A stretch of 63,942 nucleotides of DNA from Octopus bimaculoides. Taxonomy: Eukaryota. Every line of letters starts with the position of its first letter. The stretch's first letter is position 1. This document shows, piece by piece, positions 1 to 11,484 of this stretch. The notes under the pieces were generated by a model that was not told the origin of the DNA, made no database searches, and saw only the letters and a program-made list of their open reading frames with translations. The DNA is taken from the NCBI RefSeq assembly GCF_001194135.2, contig NC_068998.1, positions 18,014,002 through 18,077,943 of the forward strand, given 5' to 3'. Made by a program: the position numbers and the translations under genes.

Positions 1-46
<46 letters not shown>

Positions 47-307
47 TCTTGCTACACACTGCATCAAGAGAGAAATCTCTCATTCTCTCATTGTTTCTAC
101 TATAAATATATATACATATATGTATGTATGCCTCTGTGTGTGTGTGTTATGCACCTGAAACTTTCTCTAAGCACTTGTCTCTGTCCTTGCTTTCCAAAGC
201 TCTACACACTTTGAATTACAGATCTCCAAACTGAACAATATCAGTAATATAGCAAAAAACTACTAGAATGATCATGATACCTCATCTCCTCTGGTTTCCT
301 AATAGTC

Positions 308-519
308 CTTTCTACTAAAAGCACAAGGCCTGAAATTGTGGGGGCGAGGGGTAGTCTATCACATTGACCCCAGTGCATAACTGGTACTTATTTCATCAAT
401 TCTGAAAGGATGAAAGGCAAAGTTGACCGCTGTGGAATTTGAACTCAGAACAAAAGACGAACAAAATGTCACTAATCATTTTGCCTGGTGGGCTAACGAG
501 TCTACCGGCTCACCACCTT
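308..519 (-). mobile_element. tRNA-derived SINE, family A (degenerate)
   Basis: Aligns by eye to the younger copy at 58712-58931 (GGATGAAAGGCAAAGTYGACC, TTTGAACTCAGAAC). Confidence 0.8.
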
Positions 520-906
520 CTGGTTTCCTAATAATACATTGCTTTTGTTATCATCATCATTTTTATGCCTGCTTTTCTCCCACATGCTGTCTTGAACTGG
601 ATGAGCCACATTGAAGCAGCTCTTTCTTTCTTGGCAAACCTTAACCTGTTTTTCAGGTAAGATGTGTTCATTCTACTGCTATTCACACATCAAAACCATC
701 AACATATTTTTTCACAGGAGGCTTAAGCATGTGTCACTATTTTTGCTCATTGACGGTGTGAAGGCATGCGTATACAAGCACTCATATACATACACACAGA
801 TGCAAAACATGCTAGGTGTGGGAGATAGAAACTGTACAGAAGCTCATTGTTTTATGTATGTATGTATGAAAGTGTGTGTGTATATATATTTATATATATT
901 TATATA

Positions 907-1267
907 CAGGGTGCAGGGAATAAATTGTCATCTGAATTACACAAAAATGAAAATAACATTGACATCTCATTTTAACAGATATATTTTCCAAAATTACATA
1001 AAAATATCTTGAAATATTAAAGAGTAAATTTATACAATAAAATCACCATTGGCTTCAGCCGACTTCAGAATCTCCTGCAACTCTTCTGGGCAGTCTCCTT
1101 GTTTAAGTTGGTGAATGCTGTCATAATCCTTGCCTTCAGTTCATCTTTGGTGTTACAAGTTTTGTTGGTCTCTTGCTCAACTGCACTCCACACATAATAG
1201 TCAAGGGAGTTGCAGTCTGGCGAGTTAGGTGGCCAGATGTTTGGGGTGATGTGGTCACAGAAATTGT
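907..1267 (-). mobile_element. Tc1/mariner (DD37D-type) 3' fragment
   Basis: TA+CAGGGTGC terminus; minus strand encodes NIWPPNSPDCNSLDYYVWSAVEQETNK...KSCRRF; homologous to the 3' end of 44957-46217. Confidence 0.9.
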
Positions 1268-1440
1268 ATTTCAAAGGGCCAGCCTTGTCACATTTTGTGC
1301 CATGCTGAATCTCTCTGAGAATTATGTTGAGGGTACATGTGCCTGTGGAGTGCTCAGCCACATGCATATTAATTTCATTTTCAAGCTGTTCCATTGATCA
1401 GATCAACTGGAGCCCTTGTTGTCATAACCAGTGGAGTGCC
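1265..1440 (+). mobile_element. SINE 3' tail T1 fragment
   Basis: Matches the reverse complement of ~5700-5880 (TATTTCAAAGGGCCAGCCTTGTCACA...GGAGTGCC). Confidence 0.8.
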
Positions 1441-1454
1441 AGATAGTCCTCTGT

Positions 1455-1721
1455 AGTCTAAGAGAGACAGTTCTACAATTTCTTGCTGAACAACCTGCAT
1501 AAAATGATTTGTTTCTAGTGATCAAATTTTTGTGCTGTTCATTAGCTCACTCCCTCCATCAAAAATTGACCTGCACGCGTGCATGTTGTGTCGAAATGAT
1601 TGCAGAGCTCTGTGAGATTAAGTGTTTTGCTCAAGAATACAACACACCACCTTGTCCAGGAATTGAAACCACACTCTTGCAATTGGGAGTGCAACATCTT
1701 AACCACTAGGCCATGGGCTCT

Positions 1722-1723
<2 letters not shown>
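1455..1723 (-). mobile_element. tRNA-head, CORE-like SINE with tail T3
   Basis: Minus strand has TGGCCTAGTGG (A box), GGTTTCAATTCC (B-box-like) and TTCTTGAGCAAAACACTTAA; tail shared with 5395-5665. Confidence 0.75.
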
Positions 1724-1761
<38 letters not shown>

Positions 1762-2598
1762 NNNNNNNNNNNNNNNNNNNNNNNNNNNNNNNNNNNNNNN
1801 NNNNNNNNNNNNNNNNNNNNNNNNNNNNNNNNNNNNNNNNNNNNNNNNNNNNNNNNNNNNNNNNNNNNNNNNNNNNNNNNNNNNNNNNNNNNNNNNNNNN
1901 NNNNNNNNNNNNNNNNNNNNNNNNNNNNNNNNNNNNNNNNNNNNNNNNNNNNNNNNNNNNNNNNNNNNNNNNNNNNNNNNNNNNNNNNNNNNNNNNNNNN
2001 NNNNNNNNNNNNNNNNNNNNNNNNNNNNNNNNNNNNNNNNNNNNNNNNNNNNNNNNNNNNNNACACACACACACACACACACACACACATCTATATATAT
2101 ACTCACATACACATGCAATTATGTGGCACCAGTTGAAGATTGGGCTCACCAAATCTTAATCTCAAACAAAAAATACAAAAATGAAATATAATAATATAGA
2201 AAATTTTAGTTCTTTTCATTGATCAATTTGGTGATTCACACAGTAAATTTCAGTGGCCATGTCTTATATATAAAACAGAGATAAAGTTGAAAACCCATTT
2301 ACACAGTATTAACAGAAGAAATTAATCATTAAAAGCAGTGACCATGTGGTAGACACTAGTTTACGTATTCTCTTGTCTTCTTCATCGAACTTTCTCTTAT
2401 TGAATTAAATGACTTCTTCCTATTGTAATACTTATTTCTTTTGACCAATTTCTTGTCATTAGTTGGAACTTTGTTCACTTCTGAGATTATTCTTTATCCC
2501 TCATTCTTACTTGAATTTCTTATACCATTCATTAACTACACAAAATCTCCACAATAAACATAAATTAAATTGTTATTAAAAATATTAATGATGGAGTG

Positions 2599-2811
2599 AA
2601 GGTGGCAAACTGGCAGAATCGTTAGCACACCTGGCAAAATGCTTTGCTGCATCTTCACATTCTTCACATTCTGAGTTCAAACTCCATCAAGGTCAACTTT
2701 ACTTTTCATCCTATTGTATTCAATGAAAAGAGTACCAGTTGAGCACTAGGGTCTATGTAATTGTCTTACTCCCTCCCTCGAAATTGCTGGCTTTGTGCCA
2801 AAATTTGAAAT
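2599..2811 (+). mobile_element. SINE family A
   Basis: TGGCAGAATCGTTAGCAC head, TTCTGAGTTCAAA, AGTACCAGTTGAGCACT. Confidence 0.8.
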
Positions 2812-2874
2812 CACTGTGATGGATTGAAATGGGAGAAATCTTGTTTCATCTCTAATCTTTGCCCACTTATTCAT

Positions 2875-3195
2875 AGGGTTGGGGTGACTGCAAGGGCAAA
2901 GTCCTCAAGTACACCTTCCATTAGGTCCTGTCAAATGCAATCGTCTCCAGTTGATTTGGCTGGATCCCCAAGTTAGACCAACCAAGCTCATCGATGTTAT
3001 CTACCCATCTTGTTTACAGTCCACACCTGGGTCTCCTGCCAATCAGTTTTGCCCATAAAACCTGTCCAGCAGTTCTTTCCTGAGACATTCTTACTACATG
3101 TCTATAGTATTAGGGCTGTGATCACTCAATAGAAGAAATCAACTTATTATTTTGTTGTATGAGATTGTCCAAAAGATTTTCTGTTGATCTGAGGC
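2875..3195 (-). mobile_element. Degenerate LINE 3' fragment (RTE-like)
   Basis: Minus strand translates to HVVRMSQERTAGQVLWAKLIGRRPR...TRWVDNI, resembling the RTE-clade ORF C-terminus; stops present. Confidence 0.6.
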
Positions 3196-3224
3196 ATACT
3201 AGATCTAACATTAAAGTGTGCTTA

Positions 3225-3386
3225 AACCTTTACTTCTCAACCACATGGTTCTGAGTTCAGTCTCACTGTGTGGCACCTTGAGCAAGTGTCTTCTACTATA
3301 GTCTCAGGCCAATCAAAGCCTTATGAGTAGATTTGATAGAAACTGAAAGAAGCCCACCATATATATGTGTGTGTGTGTGTGTGTGT
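3225..3386 (+). mobile_element. SINE family D 5' part (CORE-like)
   Basis: GGCACCTTGAGCAAGTGTCTTCTACTATAG...GAAACTGAAAGAAGCCC, then (TA)/(TG) microsatellite. Confidence 0.75.
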
Positions 3387-3644
3387 ATCTAACACACCTG
3401 CTTGCTCCCTGACCTGTCTTTGTTTTGTGAACATTTGAACTATCAGATGCTCATATCATCAGCCTCTAAGGGACATGTTCAACTGATTATGGTTGAGCAA
3501 CTGAATGCAAATCTGTGGTCTTGAGCAGAATATTATCTGTAGCTCATCCTTTACCCCAAGACAAAACATGTACATGTTAACACTTCCAATCAGTTAAGAT
3601 CAAAAGCCTTGAGAGTCTTTGCTTGGTTTATTATTACTATTATT

Positions 3645-3852
3645 GGCAAGCTGGCACAACTGTTAGCATGCTGGACAAAATTCATAATGGTATTTCGCCG
3701 GTCTTTACCTTCTGAGTTCAAATTCCACTGAGGTCGACTTGGTCTTTCATCCTTTCTGGGTCGATAAATTAAGTACCAGTGAAACACTGGGTCAATGCAA
3801 TTGACTAGTCCCCTCCCACCAAATTTCAGGCCTTGTGCCTATAGTAGAAAGA
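3645..3852 (+). mobile_element. SINE family A with (TTA)n tail
   Basis: GAGGTCGACTT...TTTCATCCTTTCTGGGTCGATAAATTAAGTACCAG. Confidence 0.85.
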
Positions 3853-3859
3853 ATTATTA

Positions 3860-3894
<35 letters not shown>

Positions 3895-4131
3895 TATTAT
3901 TATTTCCATCTAAAAATAAATAAAATTGGTAGACAAAATGCTTGATGGTATTTAATTTACATTCCAAGTTCATTTCCTTCTGGAATCAACTTTGGCTTGA
4001 TAAACTAGGTACCAGCCCAGTACTAGGGTTGATTCACCATTAATCCTTACTATGGCTGGCCGGTAACATATTTTTCTGCAATGTATGGATAATTTATCCT
4101 GATCATGCGTTTGAGAATAAAAAAATTTATA

Positions 4132-4175
<44 letters not shown>

Positions 4176-4178
<3 letters not shown>

Positions 4179-4415
4179 GATGGGCTTCCACTCAGTTTCC
4201 ATTTACTAAGTTCACTCACAAGACATATATATATATGTATATGTATGTATATATGATGGGCTTCCATTCAGTTTCCATTTACTAAATTCACCGACAAGAC
4301 ATTGGTTGGGCTGGAGCTATAGTAAAAAATACTTGCCCAGGTGCTGTGCAGTGGCACTGAACCCAAAACTGCATAGTTGCAAAGTAAACTGCTGATCTAC
4401 ACAGCCTGCCTGCAC
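4176..4415 (-). mobile_element. SINE family D 5' part with a local ~50-70 bp duplication
   Basis: ATATGATGGGCTTCCA(C/T)TCAGTTTCCATTTACTAA occurs twice (~4176 and ~4252). Confidence 0.7.
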
Positions 4416-5394
4416 TTATATATGTGTGTGTGTGTGTGTGTGTAGTTGTGTGACTGAATGTTGATGTTTTGCTGCTTCACTTGTCATCATCTCAGTGAAA
4501 CAGTGATATGGTATTTACGTCCCTCGTTGATAATATGACTGGCCACTGCGCTTGTGAAGACCAGTGGGAAAAAAAAAAAATTCTTTACTAGGAAATCAGG
4601 TAAAAGTTGGTGACAAGAAGGGTATTTGGCCAAATAAGTCCCCTCTTCAACCCTTTCTTGTATGAGAAAATGGGTGTTAAATAAAAAAAAACAAGTACAC
4701 CATTAAAAAGAAAGCATTATACATAAATGTACACACACACACACACACACCTCTTATTACACTTAACACATCACTAAACCTTATGAGATATTCCCATCCC
4801 ATTAATCATTATGTTATGCACCACTAACCATAAGACAAGACACACCCACATCTGTCATTATGAACTGCCTCCACCAATCATTACACATTAACCATAACCA
4901 CAAGCCAATGAAGGAGTCTTGACTTACTAAAATTTTCAAATAAATTTCCCTCAAATCACTCTTACCATCTTTAAAAAAATTGTGTTTGTATGTGTGTGTG
5001 TGTGTGTGTGTGTGTATGATGTTGTATGCCTTTGCTCAGTCAAGCATGATCTGGAGTTAAACAATAACAACACTATAGACGACTTACAATTATACAAAAT
5101 ACAATTATACAATCATTACAACACATCTCATTAACCATTGCTCTATACTTTTACAACAATTACATCACACACTTGTAATTACTAGACCACACTTCAGTGA
5201 TCATTGCATCACACACCAACAATTATTTTTACATGCACCATAAAGTAACAAGATAACTTCTACTTGATTGCTTGACCTGCTATAAATAGTAGCCAAATTT
5301 CCTTGCAAGTCACATTCTAAAATGAATTAAATAAGGAAGAGCACATTTGAATTAATGGCAGTCTTTCAAGTCTGAGGAAGATGGTTCTGTCACT

Positions 5395-5665
5395 TCTTGC
5401 TGGAGAACTGAGACAGATGATTTGCTTCTAGTGGTCAAGTGTTTGTGTTGTACATAAGCTCTCTTTCCATCAAATTGACATTGTCTGTACAGATGCACAA
5501 GTGTGCCATACATCAGATGTTGAAGTGATTACAGAACAATGTGAAAATGGAGTGTAAATGAAGTGTTTTACTCAAGGACACAATACTCCACCCAGTCTGG
5601 AAATTGAAACCATGGTCTCTTGATTGTGAGTGCAACAGCCTAACCATTAGACCATATGCCTTCAC
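5395..5665 (-). mobile_element. tRNA-head, CORE-like SINE with tail T3
   Basis: Homologous to 1455-1723. Confidence 0.7.
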
Positions 5666-5679
5666 ATTAGATTACATAT

Positions 5680-6078
5680 TGTTATTGTTGTTGTTATTGT
5701 CGGCACTCCGTCGCTTGCGACGTCAAGGGTTCCAGTCAATCCGATCAACGGAACAGCCTGCTCGTGAAATTAATGTGCAAGTGGCTGAGCACTCCACAGA
5801 CACGTGTACCCTTAACGTAGTTCTCGGGGATATTCAGCGTGACACAGTGTGACAAGGCTGGCCCTTTGAAATACAGGTACAACAGAAACAGGAAGAAATA
5901 GTGAGAAAAAGTCATGGTGAAAGAGTACAGCAGGGTTTGCTACCATCCCCTGCCAGAGCCTCGTGGAGCTTTAGGCGTTTTCGCTCAATAAACACTCACA
6001 ACGCCCGGTCTGGGAATCGAAACCGCGATCCTATGACCGCGAGTCCGCTGCCCTAACCACTGGGCCATTGCGCCTCCA
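5680..6078 (-). mobile_element. Young full-length tRNA-derived SINE (head + central domain C2 + tail T1)
   Basis: A box TGGCCCAGTGG, B-box-like GGTTTCGATTCC, (AAC)n tail, 7-bp TSD TACATAT at 5673-5679 and 6079-6085. Confidence 0.9.
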
Positions 6079-6259
6079 TACATATAGTTATATGCTCCTA
6101 AAATAGACAAGATTGCCACAGCTGGAATATCTGTGATCATAGGTATACTCAATCAGAGTTAAACAACATCACCTCTAACTATTAATCCACTAATCCATCA
6201 AACCAATGATAACTGAATCATTCCTTACTTTTATTATATTGCCTTCAATTTGTTTACAG

Positions 6260-6296
6260 TTGGAGAACAAATGTTTGAACTATGCTGTGAACATTG
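6260..6296 (+). CDS. Possible internal exon (LENKCLNYAVNI or GEQMFELCCEH depending on frame)
   Basis: Pyrimidine-rich acceptor ttgtttacag and weak donor TTG|gtgtgt; no recognised homology. Confidence 0.25.
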
Positions 6297-6484
6297 GTGT
6301 GTGCATTGTGAAGTGTTTTGTATAGTATTTGTTTTGATAATAAATACCACATTAATAGTGTTATTTAGAGCGTTGTTGATCATATTAACTGAATTATTTG
6401 TGTTGTTTGACATCTTCTTGACTTCTGTTGCAATTGGATTCACATCCAGGATGCATTACTGAAATTGATTCAGTACTTGCCAAT

Positions 6485-6682
6485 AAGGCGGTGAGCTGGC
6501 TGAATTGTGCCATGAAGCATTTTGTCTGTCTTTATATTCTGAGTTCAAATTCCATTGAGGTCATCTTTGCCTTTCATCATTTTAGGGTCAATAAAATAAG
6601 TACCAGTTGAGTACTGTGGTCAATGTAATCAACTTATCCACACCTTTGAAATTGCTAGCCTTGTGCTAAAATTTGAAGCCAA
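6485..6682 (+). mobile_element. SINE family A (degenerate)
   Basis: AAGGCGGTGAGCTGGC head, TTTGCCTTTCATC, GATAA/CAATAAAATAAGTACCAG-type core. Confidence 0.8.
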
Positions 6683-7320
6683 TATAATTACTGACAGGCT
6701 GAAGAAAATGACTGGCATAGTATTTAAGCATTGAATGTGTTGTAAATTACATCAGAAAATTATGCTAGTTTTGTAAATACTATGTTAGCTAGTTTATTTG
6801 GTTATGTCACTAATATTGTTAACATTGTCTCAGCTATATTATTTGGTTGGAGTGTACTGAATTATATATTGACTGTTATATAGAACATCTATAATTTGTT
6901 TTCTTGTGTCCAAACATAAATGAGTTCTGTTACTTGACAAGCCCTTACTCAATGAACTTTATCCTACTGGAAGTTATCTTTCAATTTTTTCTTGTTTCTG
7001 TTTTTATTATTATATTTCAAATGTTTCTCTTAGCCAATGTCTCTTAAGTGCTATTTAAGCATTAGTTCAATAACTTCAGATATAATGTTAATCCTCTTGA
7101 TGGTATTTTCTTGAGCTGTGGGTACTTTCTATTGTTTATAATAAAAAATAATTTAAAAAATTAGCAACAAATAATTGTATTTTCTCCAAGATTGCATGTT
7201 GGAACTAAAACAGTAGCATTTATGATGAAAGACATTTAAAACACACACACACATGCATGCGCGCATGTTTTTTTTCTGTAATAGTATTCCAAGTGGAAAA
7301 GAATATAGCCATGTAGCATA

Positions 7321-7373
<53 letters not shown>

Positions 7374-7597
7374 TTATAAAAGAGCTTTTTGATACTTAAA
7401 TAATACATCTTACTATTATGAAATAAAAGTAAAATGAATATATCTCTGTCAAAATGCAAATAGCATTTGATCTATTACAAATTGTGTGAAGTTCTTGTTT
7501 TATTTGTTGTTAATTTTTCAGTCATTAATTCTCTTAGCATTTGCTCTGTTTAGCATTAAATTTGAAACTCAGAAATCTTATGAAAGAAAGAAATATA

Positions 7598-7765
7598 CTC
7601 TCTCGCTCTGTTGCTCTCTCTCTCTCTCTCTCACTTGCTCTCTCTCTCACTTGCTCTCTCTCTCTCTCACTTGCTCTCTCTCTCTCTCTCACTTGCTCTC
7701 TCTCTTGCTCTCTCTCTCTCTCTCTCTCTTCATCTTTCTTTCTCTTTTTCTCCCACTCTCTTTAC
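7598..7765. repeat. (CT)n compound repeat with recurrent TCACTTGC units
   Basis: Directly visible; CTCTCACTTGCTCTC occurs four times. Confidence 0.9.
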
Positions 7766-7998
7766 TTCTATTTCATTAGTCCAGACCCTGACTACATCAG
7801 TTGTGTTGTATTCCTAGGCAAAACATCCCTTTGATTGTTTTGGTTTGCCTAATTAGCAAAAAATAGATTTGACTCCTACTTTATAATCAAGTGGTTAGCA
7901 ATAGATGGTATTGCTTATTTTCCTTCTTTTAACATGTTTGACAATTATGATGTACTTCACAGTTTAAGGAATAAAAGATTAATTAAAATGATAAAGCA

Positions 7999-8032
<34 letters not shown>

Positions 8033-8545
8033 AAACTACACTTTTCACTGTCCAACCACCACCACCACCAAGGTTCAGTCAAAGTTATTAACCATTTGAG
8101 ATTATTTTCATTTCTTTTCAGTTCAGTTCAGCTACATATCTGCGTGTATATCTATTGATATATATCTCTCTCTGAATATCTGTTGATGTATCTGTAGACT
8201 CATCTCCCTACCTACCCCTCCTCTCTCTTAGTCTCCCCTTCTTCCCTGTCTGTCTATATCTCTCACTCTCTATATATATAGTTCTCCATTCGAGTTATTA
8301 GCTCCCTAGGCATAAGTGCAACACATGGACAAAGCAGACAAGAATGCATAGAATTATATAATTGTTAAGCAAATATTTAGAACATAAACTAACATGAAAT
8401 TTTGATGGAAAGTTATGATTTAGATCACTTTAAAGCAAGATGGTTGTATCATAGATCCAGGAGTGGTCTCAGGCAGGTTGGTATCAAAAGGATTAAATAT
8501 TCTTTGCAAATCAAACTTGGTTCTCTTTTTGTTTGTCTTTAACAG

Positions 8546-8554
8546 CCTGAGAGA
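8546..8554 (+). CDS. Candidate 9-nt microexon CCTGAGAGA
   Basis: Strong acceptor ttctctttttgtttgtctttaacag, consensus donor gtgagt, GCATG just downstream. Confidence 0.45.
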
Positions 8555-8851
8555 GTGAGTGGCATGTTTTTTTAAAACTCTCATTGCTCTCTTCATACAC
8601 ACACATACACACATGCTTAGTCTTTATTGATATAATTTAAGCAAAAGCAACATTAGTTAGTTCACATTACTCTGTAAAGAGCATAGGGCTGGTTTCCCAG
8701 TTTCTCTGAGATATGTATTCCTCCCTGGATGGGATGCTAGTCCATCTCAGTATTACTCATTTGGATAAATAATTCTCTTTATATTTACATGTTTTAGTTC
8801 CTTTTTTTTTATGCTTTTTTATTGCTTAATGCTACTTTGTAGTATCTTTTG

Positions 8852-9246
8852 TCTTTTACTTGTTTGAGTCATTAGGCTGTGGCCATGCTGGAGCACTGCC
8901 TTATGACATTTTAGTCGAACAAATTCACCCAAGTATATACTTATTTCTTTTTCTTTGAGCCTGGTACTTATTCTATCAGTCTCTTTTGCCAAACTACTAA
9001 GTTACGGGGACATAAACACACCAACACCAGTTGTCAAGCAGTGGTAGTAGTGGTGGTGGTGGGGACAAATACACACACACACACACACACACACACATGA
9101 TGGATTTCTTACAGTTTCGGTTTACCAATTCCACTCACAAGGTTTTGGTTGGCCTGAAGCTATAGTAGAAGACATTTGCCCAAGGGATTGAACTAGGAAC
9201 CATGTAGTTGGGAAGCAAACTTCTTATCACACAGCTACACCTGCAC
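8852..9246 (-). mobile_element. SINE family D, full length
   Basis: Collinear with 9582-9982; internal (CA)n tract. Confidence 0.85.
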
Positions 9247-9581
9247 TTAGTACAACTTCTAGATTTTCTGTCCCATTAAAGATATATTAGATTGCACATT
9301 GAGGTAATCATATTCTAACAAAAACCCTTTCCTTTTGTCTTGGCTCATAAAACATTTGCTGAACTATATATGCAGTGCTTTAAGTATAATATGTCAAATA
9401 CCTGCTATTGCTGCTTTTTAAATGGTAAATTTCATTTCAATTTCTGAAATGAGGAACTATCTTTTTTATTATATTCATTGATATATTCAGGCTAGTGTCC
9501 TCATCTTGGTTGTTATACTCACAATGTATCTGACAGCAACTGTTTTTACCAGCTTTCTTCGTGTGTTTGTTTTTATTTACC

Positions 9582-9982
9582 CTTTTACTTGTTTCAGTCA
9601 TTTGACTGTGGCCATGCTGGAGCAGCGCCTTTAGTCAAACAAATCGACCCCAGGACTTATTCTTTGGAAGCCTAGTACATATTCTATCGGTCTCTTTTGC
9701 CGAACCGCTAAGTTACGGGGACGTAAACACACCAGCATCGGTTGTCAAGCGATGTTGGGAGGGACAAACACAGACACGCAAACATATACACACACACATA
9801 CATATATATACATATATATGACGGGCTTCTTTCAGTTTCTATCTACCAAATCCACTCACAATGGTTTGGTCGGCCCGAGGCTATAGTAGAAGACACTTGC
9901 CCAAAGTGCCACACAGTGGGACTGAACCCGGAACCATGTGGTTGGTAAGCAAGCTACTTACCACACAGCCACTCCTACGCCT
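9582..9982 (-). mobile_element. SINE family D, full length, younger
   Basis: Minus strand: tRNA-like head GGCGTAGGAGTGGCTGTGTGGTAAG, GGTTCAGTCCC, CORE-like GGCACTTTGGGCAAGTGTC, internal microsatellite, 3' end GACTGAAACAAGTAAAAG. Confidence 0.9.
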
Positions 9983-10562
9983 GGTAATGTTCTTGAAAAC
10001 TGAATCCAAACTTTTTGATAACTCCACACACTAGACTGCTCTCATACCAGGGAAACACTGCTTAGTTATTCTACTAATTGTGATGCTATAATAGCTCGAC
10101 TAACTTGGGGCATTGAACTCACACCTAATACCAAAACTACTTCACTTAACACTTGACTATATTTACTATCCTTATTCAACAATAGGAATAGTGAATATAA
10201 GCATTAATTAATTGTTAAGTGCAATAGGTTAGTTAGTTGGTAGGAGTTCAGTTTCTCAGTTTGGCAAGCTGTAGATACTCTGGATGAAGCAGCACAAACT
10301 CAGAACACCACAAGTAGCAGAGTAACTAAGGAGAAGAACAACACTGATAAAAACAATAGAGTAAGAAAACTTTATCCTCATCACCTTATTAAAGGGTTTT
10401 CATCCAAATTCTGAGAATATTATCAAATTCAACAGGCATCTGAAAAATGGTGGAAAGGACAATGACCAAAATAATGTGACTACAACAACCAAGATGTGGA
10501 CAGTGGTCCTTATATACATCAGTGTATTATTTTTAAATAATGTATTTATGAGTCATTGGATG

Positions 10563-10717
10563 TTGTCATCATCATTATCATCATCGTTTAATGTCCGCTT
10601 TCCATGCTAGCATGGGTTGGACGATTTGACTGAGGACTGGTGAAACCGGATGGCAACACCAGGCTCCAATCTAAATTTGGCAGAGTTTCTACAGCTGGAT
10701 GCCCTTCCTAACGCCAA
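10563..10717 (-). mobile_element. Retroposon 3' tail E ending in (GAT)n
   Basis: Second copy at 46308-46433 (GTTTAAYRTCCGCTTTCCATGCT). Confidence 0.75.
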
Positions 10718-10801
10718 TGTGTATATATTTATGTGTATATTATCCTTTTTATCAATTTCAGTTTTTATTATTATTTGTTTATGTTTATGCATGTCATAAA
10801 G

Positions 10802-10806
10802 TTGTG
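10802..10806 (+). CDS. Candidate 5-nt frameshifting microexon TTGTG
   Basis: Perfect donor gtaagt at 10807; AAG acceptor after a 38-nt AG-free U-rich stretch; TGCATG at 10788-10793. Confidence 0.45.
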
Positions 10807-11116
10807 GTAAGTTTGTGTTAAACCAAATTGTCAGCAGCTTCTTTGATTTCAATTTCCAACTGAAACATATACAATTGTAGAACTAATATTCTTGAGGAAA
10901 ACATAAACATCACAACATCTTGTTTATATTATCAATGTTCTGAGAGAAAACATAACCATCACAACTTCCCCCACTTCCATCCCCTTGTAACTATGAAATG
11001 CCATTTATTTTTATAAAGAATTTTTTGTTTGTTTGTTTGTTTGTTTGTTTCTTTCTTTCTTTCTTTGTATCAAATTTTCTAATAAATGGAAAACCACTGA
11101 TTTCTTTTCTTTCCAG

Positions 11117-11313
11117 ACTCATTTATAGGCAGCTGTGATTATTCCTGTGTGTACCCTGGTGAAAAATGGCCGGCCAACAGTCTGCAGTCATTCTGTGATG
11201 TTGTCATGCAGGTTACTAATTCACCAACCAACAGAGCAGCAGCTGCAGCAGCAACACTTTCAGACAAAGACACTGAAGATGAATCTGATATGGTTACAAC
11301 ACCACAGAGTTGA
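11117..11313 (+). CDS. Putative terminal coding exon of an unidentified gene
   Basis: Acceptor ctgatttcttttctttccag; phase-1 frame is open for 64 full codons (SFIGSCDYSCVYPGEKWPANSLQSFCDVVMQVTNSPTNRAAAAAATLSDKDTEDESDMVTTPQS) and ends TGA TGA; phase 0 gives THL*, phase 2 gives LIYRQL*. Confidence 0.6.
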
Positions 11314-11393
11314 TGAGTTGATTGCAACAGTAGCATGTGACTGTTTAATATTTTAATTTCCATCTACTTTCTGCCATCAACCTCATTCAGATT

Positions 11394-11432
<39 letters not shown>

Positions 11433-11452
11433 GCTACCAATTTATCTATCTA

Positions 11453-11484
<32 letters not shown>

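Noticed and set aside
600-662. Exon ending at CAG|gtaaga (656/657)
   Set aside because: Good donor but no clear acceptor or recognisable peptide.
6000-6078. tRNA gene
   Set aside because: A and B boxes are present, but it continues into a SINE body with tail and TSD, and I see no proper acceptor stem.
10260-10360. Exon WQAVDTLDEAAQTQ...NNR with a gtaaga donor
   Set aside because: The acceptor is preceded by many AGs and lacks a pyrimidine tract; cannot be supported without RNA data.
11117-11135. L1CAM/neuroglian ankyrin-binding motif
   Set aside because: The sequence reads SFIGSC, not GSFIGQY.
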